Shown here piece by piece: positions 34,344-43,180 of a stretch of 64,000 nucleotides of DNA (within the stretch, counting starts at the first letter, position 1; each line of letters begins with the position of its first letter). The DNA lies in the IMG/VR virus record IMGVR_UViG_3300047089_000307, positions 1-64,000 of that record. The stretch is one strand, 5' to 3'. Below the pieces are notes generated by a model that did not search any database, was not told the DNA's origin, and saw only the letters and a list, made by a program, of their open reading frames with translations. Origin of the DNA: a virus. The position numbers were made by a program, and so were the translations under genes.

Positions 34344-35069
34344 GTGATCCCCGTCAAAGCTTTCATCATCTTCCGTGACCGGGTGACGTACGGTCGCCAG
34401 TGCCTTGCGGCGTTCCAGGCCGCGGGCCTTGAAACGACGATCGTTGACCACGGCAGTACCTGGCCGGGGGCAGTGGACTGGCTCAGGGAGCTGAAGAAGT
34501 CGGGCGTCCCGGTGGTTGACGAAGGCGGCGGCAACCCGCGGGACCTATGGCAGCGGGACTGGTTCCGCAGGGCGTGCGCCCGGGAGAAGTACGTCGTGAA
34601 TGACCCGGACGTCATACCGTCGCAGGAATGCCCGCCCGACTGGCCGCAGTACCTGTCGGAAGTCCTCGACAGGCACCCGAACTACCACAAGATCGGCCTC
34701 GGGCTGCGCATCGACCGCATCCCGGAGCACTACACGCAGCGCGATAACGTCATCGGCTGGGAAGCGCACTTCTGGGATCACGAGGTAGAGCACGGCGTGT
34801 ATCACGCGGACGTCGACACTACGCTGGCCGTGCACATCCCGATGATGGACATGGGCTGCCATTCCTTCAGCGCGATGCGCACGGGCTTCCCGTACGTTGC
34901 CGACCACGTGGCCTGGTACGAGGACTACCGGAACCTGAGCGAGGAGCTGGCGTACTACCACAGCCACGCGGAGGAGGGGATCTCCTGCTGGACGCCGCGG
35001 AAGGAAGCTCCGTGGGATGCCGGGGGAGCGATCCTGCCGGGGCGCGGCATGGCTACCGGGACTGACTGA
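34344..35069 (+). CDS. glycosyltransferase, GT2-like
   Basis: IVDHGSTW, DPDV and ADVDTT motifs. Confidence 0.75.
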   Translation: MIPVKAFIIFRDRVTYGRQCLAAFQAAGLETTIVDHGSTWPGAVDWLRELKKSGVPVVDEGGGNPRDLWQRDWFRRACAREKYVVNDPDVIPSQECPPDWPQYLSEVLDRHPNYHKIGLGLRIDRIPEHYTQRDNVIGWEAHFWDHEVEHGVYHADVDTTLAVHIPMMDMGCHSFSAMRTGFPYVADHVAWYEDYRNLSEELAYYHSHAEEGISCWTPRKEAPWDAGGAILPGRGMATGTD

Positions 35070-35206
35070 GCTGCTGTCTCATGGAGTATCCTCACCGGCA
35101 TGAGTGACTGGGCTGGCAAGCCGAGCATGCGAAGCAAGGCCCGGCTGGTCATGGCCGCGGATGGCGCGAGCATCGAGGCGGCGATGGCCGCGCCCGGGGC
35201 GGGAAA

Positions 35207-35419
35207 GTGAAGTCCCGCGTCACGCTGGAGCCGTCTGAGCTCAGTGAGGACGGACGGGTCATCGAAGCCTGGATCAGCGTCGAGCGCCTCGGTGACTGCG
35301 ACGATGACGCTACGGACCGGGACCTGTTCCTGTCCCCGGAGGAGATGCAGTTCCTGTACCAGGGGATGAGGCGCTACTACGAGGACGGCGTGTGGACGAC
35401 CGGGACGGTGGAGTGGTGA
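35207..35419 (+). CDS. hypothetical protein
   Basis: codon bias. Confidence 0.55.
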   Translation: MKSRVTLEPSELSEDGRVIEAWISVERLGDCDDDATDRDLFLSPEEMQFLYQGMRRYYEDGVWTTGTVEW

Positions 35420-35877
35420 GCGCCAAGTGGGACGAGCGGTACCTGAACCTGGCCACGCTGGTGTCGTACTGGAGCAAGGACCGCAGTACGAAGGTCGGCT
35501 GCGTGATCGTGGGCGAGGCCGGCCAGGTGCTCTCCACCGGGTACAACGGCTTCCCGCGCGGCATTGGCGACGATGTAGCGCAACGGCACGCTCGCCCGGC
35601 CAAGTACCTGTGGACCGAGCACGCTGAGCGGAATGCCGTCTATAACGCGGCCCGGACGGGCACGTCCCTGCTCGGGTCGTCGCTGTACCTGCCGTGGTTC
35701 CCCTGCGCGGACTGCGCCAGGGCCATCATCCAGTCGGGGATAGCCGTCCTCGTGGTTGTCGAGGTCAAGCGCGGCGACGCCCAGTGGGATGAGAGCATCG
35801 CGGTCAGCAAGGAGATGCTCGCGGAGGCCGGAGTCATTGTCCGCTGGCACGAGCCGGGGGTGAGCGCGAGCGCGTGA
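35416..35877 (+). CDS. dCMP deaminase
   Basis: GYNG, HAERNA and PCADCA motifs. Confidence 0.92.
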   Translation: MSAKWDERYLNLATLVSYWSKDRSTKVGCVIVGEAGQVLSTGYNGFPRGIGDDVAQRHARPAKYLWTEHAERNAVYNAARTGTSLLGSSLYLPWFPCADCARAIIQSGIAVLVVVEVKRGDAQWDESIAVSKEMLAEAGVIVRWHEPGVSASA

Positions 35878-36041
35878 GCGAGATCTTCTTCCTGCTCGTG
35901 TGCCGGGAGTGCGGTAACCCGGGAAAGCCCTTGATCATGCCCTTCGGCTCGGCGGCCGACCGGGGGAAGTGGGCCTCGGAGCACACGAGGGCCACCGGGC
36001 ATGACCGCTGGTGGGTGCAGGACGAGGTGCGGGAATCATGA
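35874..36041 (+). CDS. small hypothetical protein
   Basis: GTGA coupling; CREC and H..TGH motifs. Confidence 0.5.
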   Translation: MSEIFFLLVCRECGNPGKPLIMPFGSAADRGKWASEHTRATGHDRWWVQDEVRES

Positions 36042-36430
36042 GCGGCTGCCAGCGGGAGGAGAGGCCAGTGCATGAGGTCAAGGTCACCGGCAACATCATG
36101 GCGGACGGCGTCGATATCTGGGTGACGATGAAGTTCGAGGGATCGCCGCGTCGTATCCTGCACTTCCGGGAGGGCCTTCCGGACTGGGACGAGGCGGACG
36201 GGACCGCGCAGCCCCCGACGATGACGCTGCCTGATGACGCGGGCCGGGCGCTGCTGGAGCAGCTGCTACGGCATTACGCCGGGTCGCAGGACCTGCACAC
36301 GGTCCGCGCTGACCTGGTGCACGAGCGCAAGCGCGTTGACAATCTCATCAGCGCGCTCACGCAGGCGCTGGCCGTGACCATTCAGCAGCGTATTACAGTG
36401 TCTTCTCGTGAGGATCTTCGCAGGCCATGA
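36038..36430 (+). CDS. hypothetical protein
   Basis: ATGA coupling. Confidence 0.6.
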   Translation: MSGCQREERPVHEVKVTGNIMADGVDIWVTMKFEGSPRRILHFREGLPDWDEADGTAQPPTMTLPDDAGRALLEQLLRHYAGSQDLHTVRADLVHERKRVDNLISALTQALAVTIQQRITVSSREDLRRP

Positions 36431-37481
36431 TGGTGGGTCAGGCTGCATGTACTACCGGATCAAGGTCCCCCTGGAGGAGCTGGCCCGGCACGGTCATGAG
36501 GTGACCTTCCGCTCCGGCGGGAATGAGGAGGGTAACCGGCCCATCACCCTGGCGGAGATGGCCGAGCATGACGTGGTGATCGGGCAGCGGTTCAATCACT
36601 ACGCGGGCATGGGCACCTGGCGCCGCGCCCGCGGGCCGTCCAGCCGGCTGGTCTACGAGATTGATGACGACGTCTTCTCCGTGACCCCGGTCAACTGGCA
36701 GGCGTACCACGTCTACAGCCAGCCGGAGGTCCGCGAGGCTGTCATGCACCAGGCCCAGGTATCGGACCTGGTGACCGTGACCACGGAGCACCTGGCCGCG
36801 GTGATGCGCGAGCACACCGGCAACGGCAACGTCCTGGCGCTGCCGAACTGCGTCCCCGGCTGGGTGCTGGACATGGAGCGCAGGCCCCGGCAGCGCCCGG
36901 CGATCGGCTGGGCGGGCGGCGCCAGCCACGGCAGCGACGTCGGGCTGCTCGTCAGCCCCGTGCGCCGGTTCCTGAAGCGGTTCCCCGGCTGGGACTTCCA
37001 GCTTGGCGGCACGGACTTCCGGGAGACCTTCGCCCGGGAGGGGTCGCCGCGCGGGAGGCTGCTGCACGCCCGGTGGGTGCCGGTCTGCGAGGACGCGCGG
37101 GGCTATTACGAGACCGCGGACTTCGACATCGGCCTGGCCCCGCTGGCGGGAACCCCGTTTGACCTGTCGAAGTCCTGCGTCAAGGTACTGGAGTACGCGG
37201 CCCGGGGCATTCCCTCGATCGCCAGTGACTGCGAGGTTTACCGGTCGTTCATCCGCCATGGCGAGAACGGCTTCCTGGTGAAGAGGGACCATGAGTGGCT
37301 GAAGTACGCATCCGAGCTGGCCAGCGACGGGGGCCTGCGGCTGGCGATGGGCCAGGCAGCGCGGGACACGGCGCGGGAGTGGACGATCGAGGCGAATTAC
37401 CACCTATGGGAGCAGGCGTACCGGAGCCTGTTTAAGGTCAAGTCTCTTAGCGTATTATGGCCTTCGTGCGCGAGCCAGTAG
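36408..37481 (+). CDS. glycosyltransferase, GT-B/GT4-like
   Basis: YYRI, EIDDD, DIGLAPL..F..KS.VK.LEY and HGENG motifs. Confidence 0.88.
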   Translation: MRIFAGHDGGSGCMYYRIKVPLEELARHGHEVTFRSGGNEEGNRPITLAEMAEHDVVIGQRFNHYAGMGTWRRARGPSSRLVYEIDDDVFSVTPVNWQAYHVYSQPEVREAVMHQAQVSDLVTVTTEHLAAVMREHTGNGNVLALPNCVPGWVLDMERRPRQRPAIGWAGGASHGSDVGLLVSPVRRFLKRFPGWDFQLGGTDFRETFAREGSPRGRLLHARWVPVCEDARGYYETADFDIGLAPLAGTPFDLSKSCVKVLEYAARGIPSIASDCEVYRSFIRHGENGFLVKRDHEWLKYASELASDGGLRLAMGQAARDTAREWTIEANYHLWEQAYRSLFKVKSLSVLWPSCASQ

Positions 37482-39241
37482 CCAGGCAGTACCGTTACCG
37501 GGCCTATCCCGATGAGGAGCAGGCTGACCTCCTGGACTTCTACGCAGCGGGCGCCCGCGCGTTCTGGAATAAGAACGTCGCGTGGCTGCGCGCCATGGAG
37601 GGAAGTGAGGGGCATGACGACCTTGGCGCTGGCCGCCAGCTGAGCGAGGCTTACGCTTACCTCGCCAGCGTGCCCGGCATCGCTGAGGCCCTGAAGAGCA
37701 GGAAGCATCCGGAGCATGAGCGCTGGACGGCCTTCCTGCGAAAGGCAGAAAGGCCGCGCCAGCCCGGCTGGCATGCGTGGACGCGGCATTACGGGGGTGC
37801 CAGGCTCCGCGGGCAGCTGAGCGGGAACTTCTCTGCCGCCGTGCACGCTGCGCGGGAGAGCGGGATGACGTTCTGGCACGGGGGCGAGCAGCACCCGGTC
37901 TCGGCGGTCCCGTCGAAGGTCCTGCACGGGGCGTGCGGGAGCAAGGGCCAGCTCAAGGCCGCCGTGGACGCTGTCATGAAGAAGCGCGCCGCTGGCAAGC
38001 GCGCAGAGCTGCCCCGCTGGCGTGCCCGGCATGAGAGCCAGAACCTGCGCTGGCAAGTCCAGGATGGTCCCCGGAACGCGACCCGGGAGTCCCTGGTGAC
38101 GGTAACGGGCACGCGGCACGCCACCGTGCCGCTGGTAACGACGCGCGGGCACGAGGGTAATAAGAGCCTGCGCATCCGCTATCATCGCGAGCTCCCCGCG
38201 GACGCCTCAGTGTCCTTCATGCAGGTGACCTGGAATCCGGGGACCGGCTGCTACTTCGTGACGCTCACGCTGACGACCGCGCAGTACGAGGTTCCGGCCA
38301 CGACGGGCATGGCCGGCATCGACCGGGGCATCGTAAAGGCTGCTGTCACTTCGGACGGGGAGTACTACGATTCTCCGGGACTGAACCAGGGGCGCCGTCG
38401 CCGCGAGCTCCTGCTCCAGCAGTCCCTTGACTGGAAGCGCCGCGTGCTGCCGTGCAAGGGCCGGTGCGCGCACGAGCCAGGGCAGTGCTGGCGCACGTCA
38501 CTACGGTATGCACGGGTCGTGACGGCCCGGCAGCGGCTCCTGGACGCCCAGGAGGACCTCATCGATGACGGGGCGCACAAATTCTCCCGGGCTATCGCCC
38601 GCCGGTACGCGGTCGTCGTGCTTGAGGACCTGGCGAACCTGATGACGGCGTCCACGGCGAAGGGCACGGTAGCCGCCCCCGGCGTGAGCGTGCGCGCCGC
38701 CGCCGGACGCAACCGGGAGGTACGCGCGGCTAACTGGGGGCGCATTGAGCAGTACCTGGGGTATAAGGCAGGGCAGCTCCTCGGCGTCCCGGCGCCGTAT
38801 ACGTCGCGGACATGCCCGCGATGCGGGTATGTTAGCGTCATGAACCGGCCCTCCCAGGCGGAGTTCCGGTGCGGGTCCTGCGGACTCAGCGGCAACGCTG
38901 ACGTGATCGCGGCCGGCAATATCGTTAATGCAGGGAAAACCGCCCGCGCGCTGCGGGATAACGGGCAGGGATCGTCCTCCGGGATTAACCGGGGGCCTGG
39001 CGCTAGCCGGGAGCCTGCCAACACTCACAACTTTACAGTGGCCCCGGGCGAGCGCTGCGGTAGTGCGCCCGATCCCGGTCAGCGCTCGCAGGCAGGTGAG
39101 CAGCCAGGAATCGTTACCGAGCTCGACGGAACGGTGATCCCGGAGACGTGGGGCATCCCCGGTGCTCGCATCCGCGGGGGAAACCGCAGGTCACGACGGG
39201 CGAAAAAGCCGAGCGGTGGCAACACTGCCGGAGCCGGGTGA
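37457..39241 (+). CDS. cas12: TnpB-derived CRISPR-associated Cas12-like nuclease (compact type V effector); start may be GTG 37466
   Basis: YRYRAYP HTH, RuvC-I GIDRG, RuvC-II VLEDL, CPRC/CGSC Zn ribbon, RuvC-III ADVIAAGNI; abuts CRISPR array. Confidence 0.9.
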   Translation: MAFVREPVARQYRYRAYPDEEQADLLDFYAAGARAFWNKNVAWLRAMEGSEGHDDLGAGRQLSEAYAYLASVPGIAEALKSRKHPEHERWTAFLRKAERPRQPGWHAWTRHYGGARLRGQLSGNFSAAVHAARESGMTFWHGGEQHPVSAVPSKVLHGACGSKGQLKAAVDAVMKKRAAGKRAELPRWRARHESQNLRWQVQDGPRNATRESLVTVTGTRHATVPLVTTRGHEGNKSLRIRYHRELPADASVSFMQVTWNPGTGCYFVTLTLTTAQYEVPATTGMAGIDRGIVKAAVTSDGEYYDSPGLNQGRRRRELLLQQSLDWKRRVLPCKGRCAHEPGQCWRTSLRYARVVTARQRLLDAQEDLIDDGAHKFSRAIARRYAVVVLEDLANLMTASTAKGTVAAPGVSVRAAAGRNREVRAANWGRIEQYLGYKAGQLLGVPAPYTSRTCPRCGYVSVMNRPSQAEFRCGSCGLSGNADVIAAGNIVNAGKTARALRDNGQGSSSGINRGPGASREPANTHNFTVAPGERCGSAPDPGQRSQAGEQPGIVTELDGTVIPETWGIPGARIRGGNRRSRRAKKPSGGNTAGAG

Positions 39242-40039
39242 GTGAGGCGACACGCTCTTGCCGTGCAGCTGGTCAATCTGGCCCTGGTGGCAACACTGCC
39301 GGAGCCGGGTGAGTGAGGCGACTGGGCACCGGGCGAGGCGTTCTGCCCGGCGTTGCCGGTGGCAACACTGCCGGAGCCGGGTGAGTGAGGCGACTGGGCA
39401 CCGGGCGAGGCGTTCTGCCCGGCGTTGCCGGTGGCAACACTGCCGGAGCCGGGTGAGTGAGGCGACAGGTGGTGGGACGGGCTGCCCGGGTTGGTCAGCA
39501 TGGTGGCAACACTGCCGGAGCCGGGTGAGTGAGGCGACCAGCCCGCGCCGTCGCTCCGGAGAACCTTGTATTCGGTGGCAACACTGCCGGAGCCGGGTGA
39601 GTGAGGCGACAAGCAGCAGACGCCGCCGGTGAGCGTGTCCTCGGGCCGTGGCAACACTGCCGGAGCCGGGTGAGTGAGGCGACTCGGTGCGCCTGCGGCT
39701 ACGGGTGGCCGGCTTGATCGGTGGCAACACTGCCGGAGCCGGGTGAGTGAGGCGACGGCTTCCAGGCGTCGGCGAGCCGGACCACCTCGCGCGTGGCAAC
39801 ACTGCCGGAGCCGGGTGAGTGAGGCGACCGCGACTGCTGCAATGCGCTAGACAAGGCAGGTGGCAACACTGCCGGAGCCGGGTGAGTGAGGCGACAGTGC
39901 AGCGCTGATGTCAGCCTGCGCCCGCGACTTGGTGGCAACACTGCCGGAGCCGGGTGAGTGAGGCGACATCAGGACCGGCCTTACCGGTCGACGCCTCCCG
40001 GCGGTGGCAACACTGCCGGAGCCGGGTGAGTGAGGCGAC
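39216..40039 (+). CRISPR. CRISPR array: 12 identical 36-nt repeats, 11 spacers (31-37 nt)
   Basis: GTGGCAACACTGCCGGAGCCGGGTGAGTGAGGCGAC at 39216, 39287, 39359, 39431, 39503, 39575, 39648, 39721, 39793, 39860, 39932, 40004. Confidence 0.98.
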
Positions 40040-40040
40040 T

Positions 40041-40065
40041 GCTGCGGTATCCTGGCCACCGCAGC
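40041..40065 (+). terminator. hairpin directly after last repeat
   Basis: GCTGCGGT/ACCGCAGC 8-bp stem, no T tract. Confidence 0.45.
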
Positions 40066-40080
40066 CGGGAGGAGCACGTG

Positions 40081-40290
40081 ATGACGCAGGTACCGCAGAC
40101 GGAGTCCCGCGGCGGCGACAAGCCGGACTGGGGCAAGGCCGTCGCCGGCGAGCCGCTGCCGCAGCTGGGCGAGGAGTACCCGGAGCCGGACAGCGGGCAG
40201 GCCCCGTTGCAGGACGGCCAGCCCTTGCGGCCAGAGGACAACCGGGGCGTTACGGAGCCTCCCGGCGGCAATGACCCGGAGTCGCAGTAG
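40081..40290 (+). CDS. acidic hypothetical protein
   Basis: GGAGG RBS. Confidence 0.6.
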   Translation: MTQVPQTESRGGDKPDWGKAVAGEPLPQLGEEYPEPDSGQAPLQDGQPLRPEDNRGVTEPPGGNDPESQ

Positions 40291-40496
40291 TGGCGCACGG
40301 CGGCTTTCACGGCCAGGTGGGCCAGGGCGGCACCGGTCCGGACGAGGCGGTACCCGAGTGCCCGGTCTGCCACGCCTGCGGCGGCGGGGGCCACGGCGGC
40401 TTCTGCCCGAACCGGGACCAGCCTGACCCGGCGCGCTGGACGACCTTGCCGCCGGCCGGGTTCACCGCGGCGCCACCGCATGAAGGGAAGCCATGA
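40290..40496 (+). CDS. small Cys-rich hypothetical protein
   Basis: CPVCHAC motif. Confidence 0.5.
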   Translation: MAHGGFHGQVGQGGTGPDEAVPECPVCHACGGGGHGGFCPNRDQPDPARWTTLPPAGFTAAPPHEGKP

Positions 40497-40544
40497 GCGA
40501 CGAGACGGCAGCGACCGCACGCGAGCACCAGGAGGGGGCACCCA

Positions 40545-41108
40545 GTGAGTGACGCAGGCGAGCTGAGGTCCCTGATCGCGGACGTGATGAGGCTGGACCG
40601 CGAGTGGATGCGCAAGGCGACCGGGCGCGATGACCCGCGCAGCACCCCGTGGATGCCGTTCCCGCTGTTCGACTTCATCGCGCTGGTGGCCGAGGCGCTG
40701 CCGGAGTCGGCGGGAGACGCCCTCCTGGAGGTCGGCTGCGGCATCGGCACCCGGATGCGGGTCGCGCACGATCTCTACGGCCTGGACTGCCACGGCATCG
40801 ACCGTGTCCCCGAGTACGTCGCCCAGGCGACGGAGCTGCTCCCGGAGGGCATGCCCGGGGTCACCGCCGAGGTAGCGGACGCACTCGGCTGGGACGGGTA
40901 CGGCAAGTACGACCTCCTCTGGTTCAACCGGCCCTTCGCCGACCGCGTCCTCCAGCGCCAGCTTGAGGCGCAGGTCTGGAGCGACATGAAGCCCGGGGCC
41001 GTGGTGATCTGGGCCAACCTGGAGACGCCGCCGCCGCCTGCCTGGTGGCCGGTCCTGACGGAGACGAGCGTGCCCCGGGGCATCGTGCAGAAGCCGGTGG
41101 CGCCATGA
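40545..41108 (+). CDS. class I SAM-dependent methyltransferase
   Basis: LLEVGCGIG, GID and ADA motifs. Confidence 0.85.
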   Translation: MSDAGELRSLIADVMRLDREWMRKATGRDDPRSTPWMPFPLFDFIALVAEALPESAGDALLEVGCGIGTRMRVAHDLYGLDCHGIDRVPEYVAQATELLPEGMPGVTAEVADALGWDGYGKYDLLWFNRPFADRVLQRQLEAQVWSDMKPGAVVIWANLETPPPPAWWPVLTETSVPRGIVQKPVAP

Positions 41109-41404
41109 CCATGCCGCATCCCGGCGCCCGGCAGCTCGTTGACACCGGGAACCAGCTGCTCAGCAAGGCCCCCGTCACGCTGGACACCGGGTCGGTCGAG
41201 ACCCCCGAGGCGATACTCGGCGTGGTCACCTTCCGGACGGCCTCGGTCACGTTGACCGCCTTCCTGACGGCCGCGGAGCTGAAGGAGTGGTCCGGGCTGC
41301 TGGACGGCCTGGCGGACCAGCTGAGCGGCACCGGCCTGGTCAAGGCGTCCCCGCAGGACCTGAGCCTGCTCACTGCGCTGGCGCGCAAGAGGAAGCAGCC
41401 GTAA
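41105..41404 (+). CDS. hypothetical protein
   Basis: ATGA coupling. Confidence 0.65.
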   Translation: MTMPHPGARQLVDTGNQLLSKAPVTLDTGSVETPEAILGVVTFRTASVTLTAFLTAAELKEWSGLLDGLADQLSGTGLVKASPQDLSLLTALARKRKQP

Positions 41405-41582
41405 GGCCCGGGTCCTCCCGCTGGACTGGGAGCTGCGGGCTGCGGCGGGCTCGTGCGGAAAGCGGGGCTGTGACCTGCCCAGGACCAGCGGTAGCAGGCT
41501 AGACTAGCCCCAGCCGAGGTCTGAGGCTGCCCTGAAGCAGAGCCGGAAGCCGGGATGATCATCCTGGCTGGAGGCTCTCCGG

Positions 41583-41903
41583 GTGAATGTCCCCCTCCTG
41601 AAGGTCCCGTACGAGGACTGGCACTGCCCGAACTGCGGCATTGCCGAGCGCACGGCCGCACTGCCTCCGGGAGCGTCCCGGTTCCATGCCTGCCCCCGCC
41701 TGCACAATCTCACCGCGCCCCTGGTCCGCGCCGGGACGCGGTGCTCGGTCGTGGCCGAGGAGCGACAGGATTACGTCGGCCGTGAGGTCGTCCGCTACGG
41801 CGATGACGGCAAGGCGTACATGGCCGTGCGCACGGTTCGCGAGGACGGTGACGACCTGGTGGTTAACGCCCCGGTCGCGCAGGGCCGCATGGGGGACTGG
41901 TGA
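41583..41903 (+). CDS. Zn-ribbon hypothetical protein
   Basis: WHCPNC...FHAC motif. Confidence 0.7.
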   Translation: MNVPLLKVPYEDWHCPNCGIAERTAALPPGASRFHACPRLHNLTAPLVRAGTRCSVVAEERQDYVGREVVRYGDDGKAYMAVRTVREDGDDLVVNAPVAQGRMGDW

Positions 41904-42073
41904 GCCGCGAGGACGCTCCCCTGGACGGGGAGCAGCAGCCGGGAGAGGTTCCGGACGGCACGGTGCAGTTCCCCGTTCCGCAGGACATCCCCGCGTACAC
42001 CGTGCAGGCGGGCCTGGCCACCGCGCACGGTGCCTCCCCTGATTTCCAGGGCAACGGGGAAGAGGAATAAGGC

Positions 42074-42589
42074 ATGGCCTGGACCGCATCCGCCATCTTC
42101 CAGCAGGCGATGCTCAACCCCATCGCCGGGCGCAGCTGGACTACTGCCGCGCCGACGACGTACTCCTCGCTGTCGGCCGACACGATCAACGTCTCCCTGT
42201 TCGGCACGCTGACCCCGGACAAGACTGCCGCCGTGGGCAGCACCGGGTACAACACGGGCGTCTGGGTCACCGGCTCCGAGATCACTGACGCGACCAACTG
42301 GGTGGCGGGCGGCCGGGCGCTGGGCTCCAAGGCGTTCGCGATCGACACCGGGTCGTCCTCGATCTGCTTCACCGCGGCGAACCTGGCCGGCGGCGGCACG
42401 GTCACGCTGACGGCATTCTTCGGCTGCTTCGTCTACGATTTCACGATCACGGCAGGCACGGTCGCCAAGCAGGGCCTCTGCTACAACTACTTCGGCGGCT
42501 CCCAGACGGTGACGGGCGGCACGTTCACCATCCTCTGGGCGACCCCGGTCGGCGCGGCCGTCACCGCCGTCTTCAACATCTCGGTGTAG
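42074..42589 (+). CDS. putative virion structural protein
   Basis: Thr/Gly-rich beta protein, FGG..T.GTFTI.W motif. Confidence 0.65.
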   Translation: MAWTASAIFQQAMLNPIAGRSWTTAAPTTYSSLSADTINVSLFGTLTPDKTAAVGSTGYNTGVWVTGSEITDATNWVAGGRALGSKAFAIDTGSSSICFTAANLAGGGTVTLTAFFGCFVYDFTITAGTVAKQGLCYNYFGGSQTVTGGTFTILWATPVGAAVTAVFNISV

Positions 42590-43161
42590 CCGGCGTGAGC
42601 ACGGTCCAGGTAGCTGAGCAGGCGGCGGGCACTCGCCACGTCGTCCTTCAGCAACCCGACCGCCCGGTTGCAGTTCACGCACAGCAGGCCGCGTACGCAC
42701 TTCCCGCAGGAGTCGGCACCTGGACAGCAAGCGTGATCGTGGTCGACGGCGAGCTTGTCTCTCCGGGGGCCGGGATTAAGGCAGATTGCGCATACCCCGT
42801 CCTGGGAGGCGAGCATTGCGTCGTAGGCGTCACGGGTCAGGCGATAGTGCGCCATGAGCCACCAGCTACGCTGCCGCGCCTGGCCGTCCGGCGTCTGGTT
42901 GTACTCCTGGCTGTAGCAGCGCACGCACTGGCCTGTCTTGTACGAGGCGCGTTTTCCGCATGCGCACCTGACCCACTCGTACTCAGGCCGTGGACTGCTG
43001 CGCGGGCGCATTTCTATCTCCGAGCGCAGCAGCGAATTACGGATAACTGCCCGGTTCACTCCCAGTTGCTCTGCGAGCTGCTTGAGCGTGAGCCGGTCAT
43101 CAACGTAAAGCTTGGCGATATCCGCGTCTTGCTCCGTAGAGAACTTTCGTTTGCGTCCCAT
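42487..43161 (-). CDS. endonuclease VII-type HNH nuclease with N-terminal HTH
   Basis: QDGVCAIC..LAVDHDH..VRGLLC..CN motif. Confidence 0.9.
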   Translation of the reverse strand: MGRKRKFSTEQDADIAKLYVDDRLTLKQLAEQLGVNRAVIRNSLLRSEIEMRPRSSPRPEYEWVRCACGKRASYKTGQCVRCYSQEYNQTPDGQARQRSWWLMAHYRLTRDAYDAMLASQDGVCAICLNPGPRRDKLAVDHDHACCPGADSCGKCVRGLLCVNCNRAVGLLKDDVASARRLLSYLDRAHAGYTEMLKTAVTAAPTGVAQRMVNVPPVTVWEPPK

Positions 43162-43180
43162 GACGCAATGATATCAGGAG

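Noticed and set aside
37457-39241. Interpretation as a plain IS200/IS605 TnpB element
   Set aside because: No tnpA or clear IS ends; larger than typical TnpB, directly linked to a CRISPR array and preceded by a phage promoter motif
39215-40003. 37-nt repeat including the preceding G
   Set aside because: The preceding base is C in 2 of 12 copies, and G/C is partly expected from the spacers' codon phasing
39079-40274. ORFs with repeated SPHSPGSGSVAT or WQHCRSRVSEAT peptides
   Set aside because: These are translations of the CRISPR repeats
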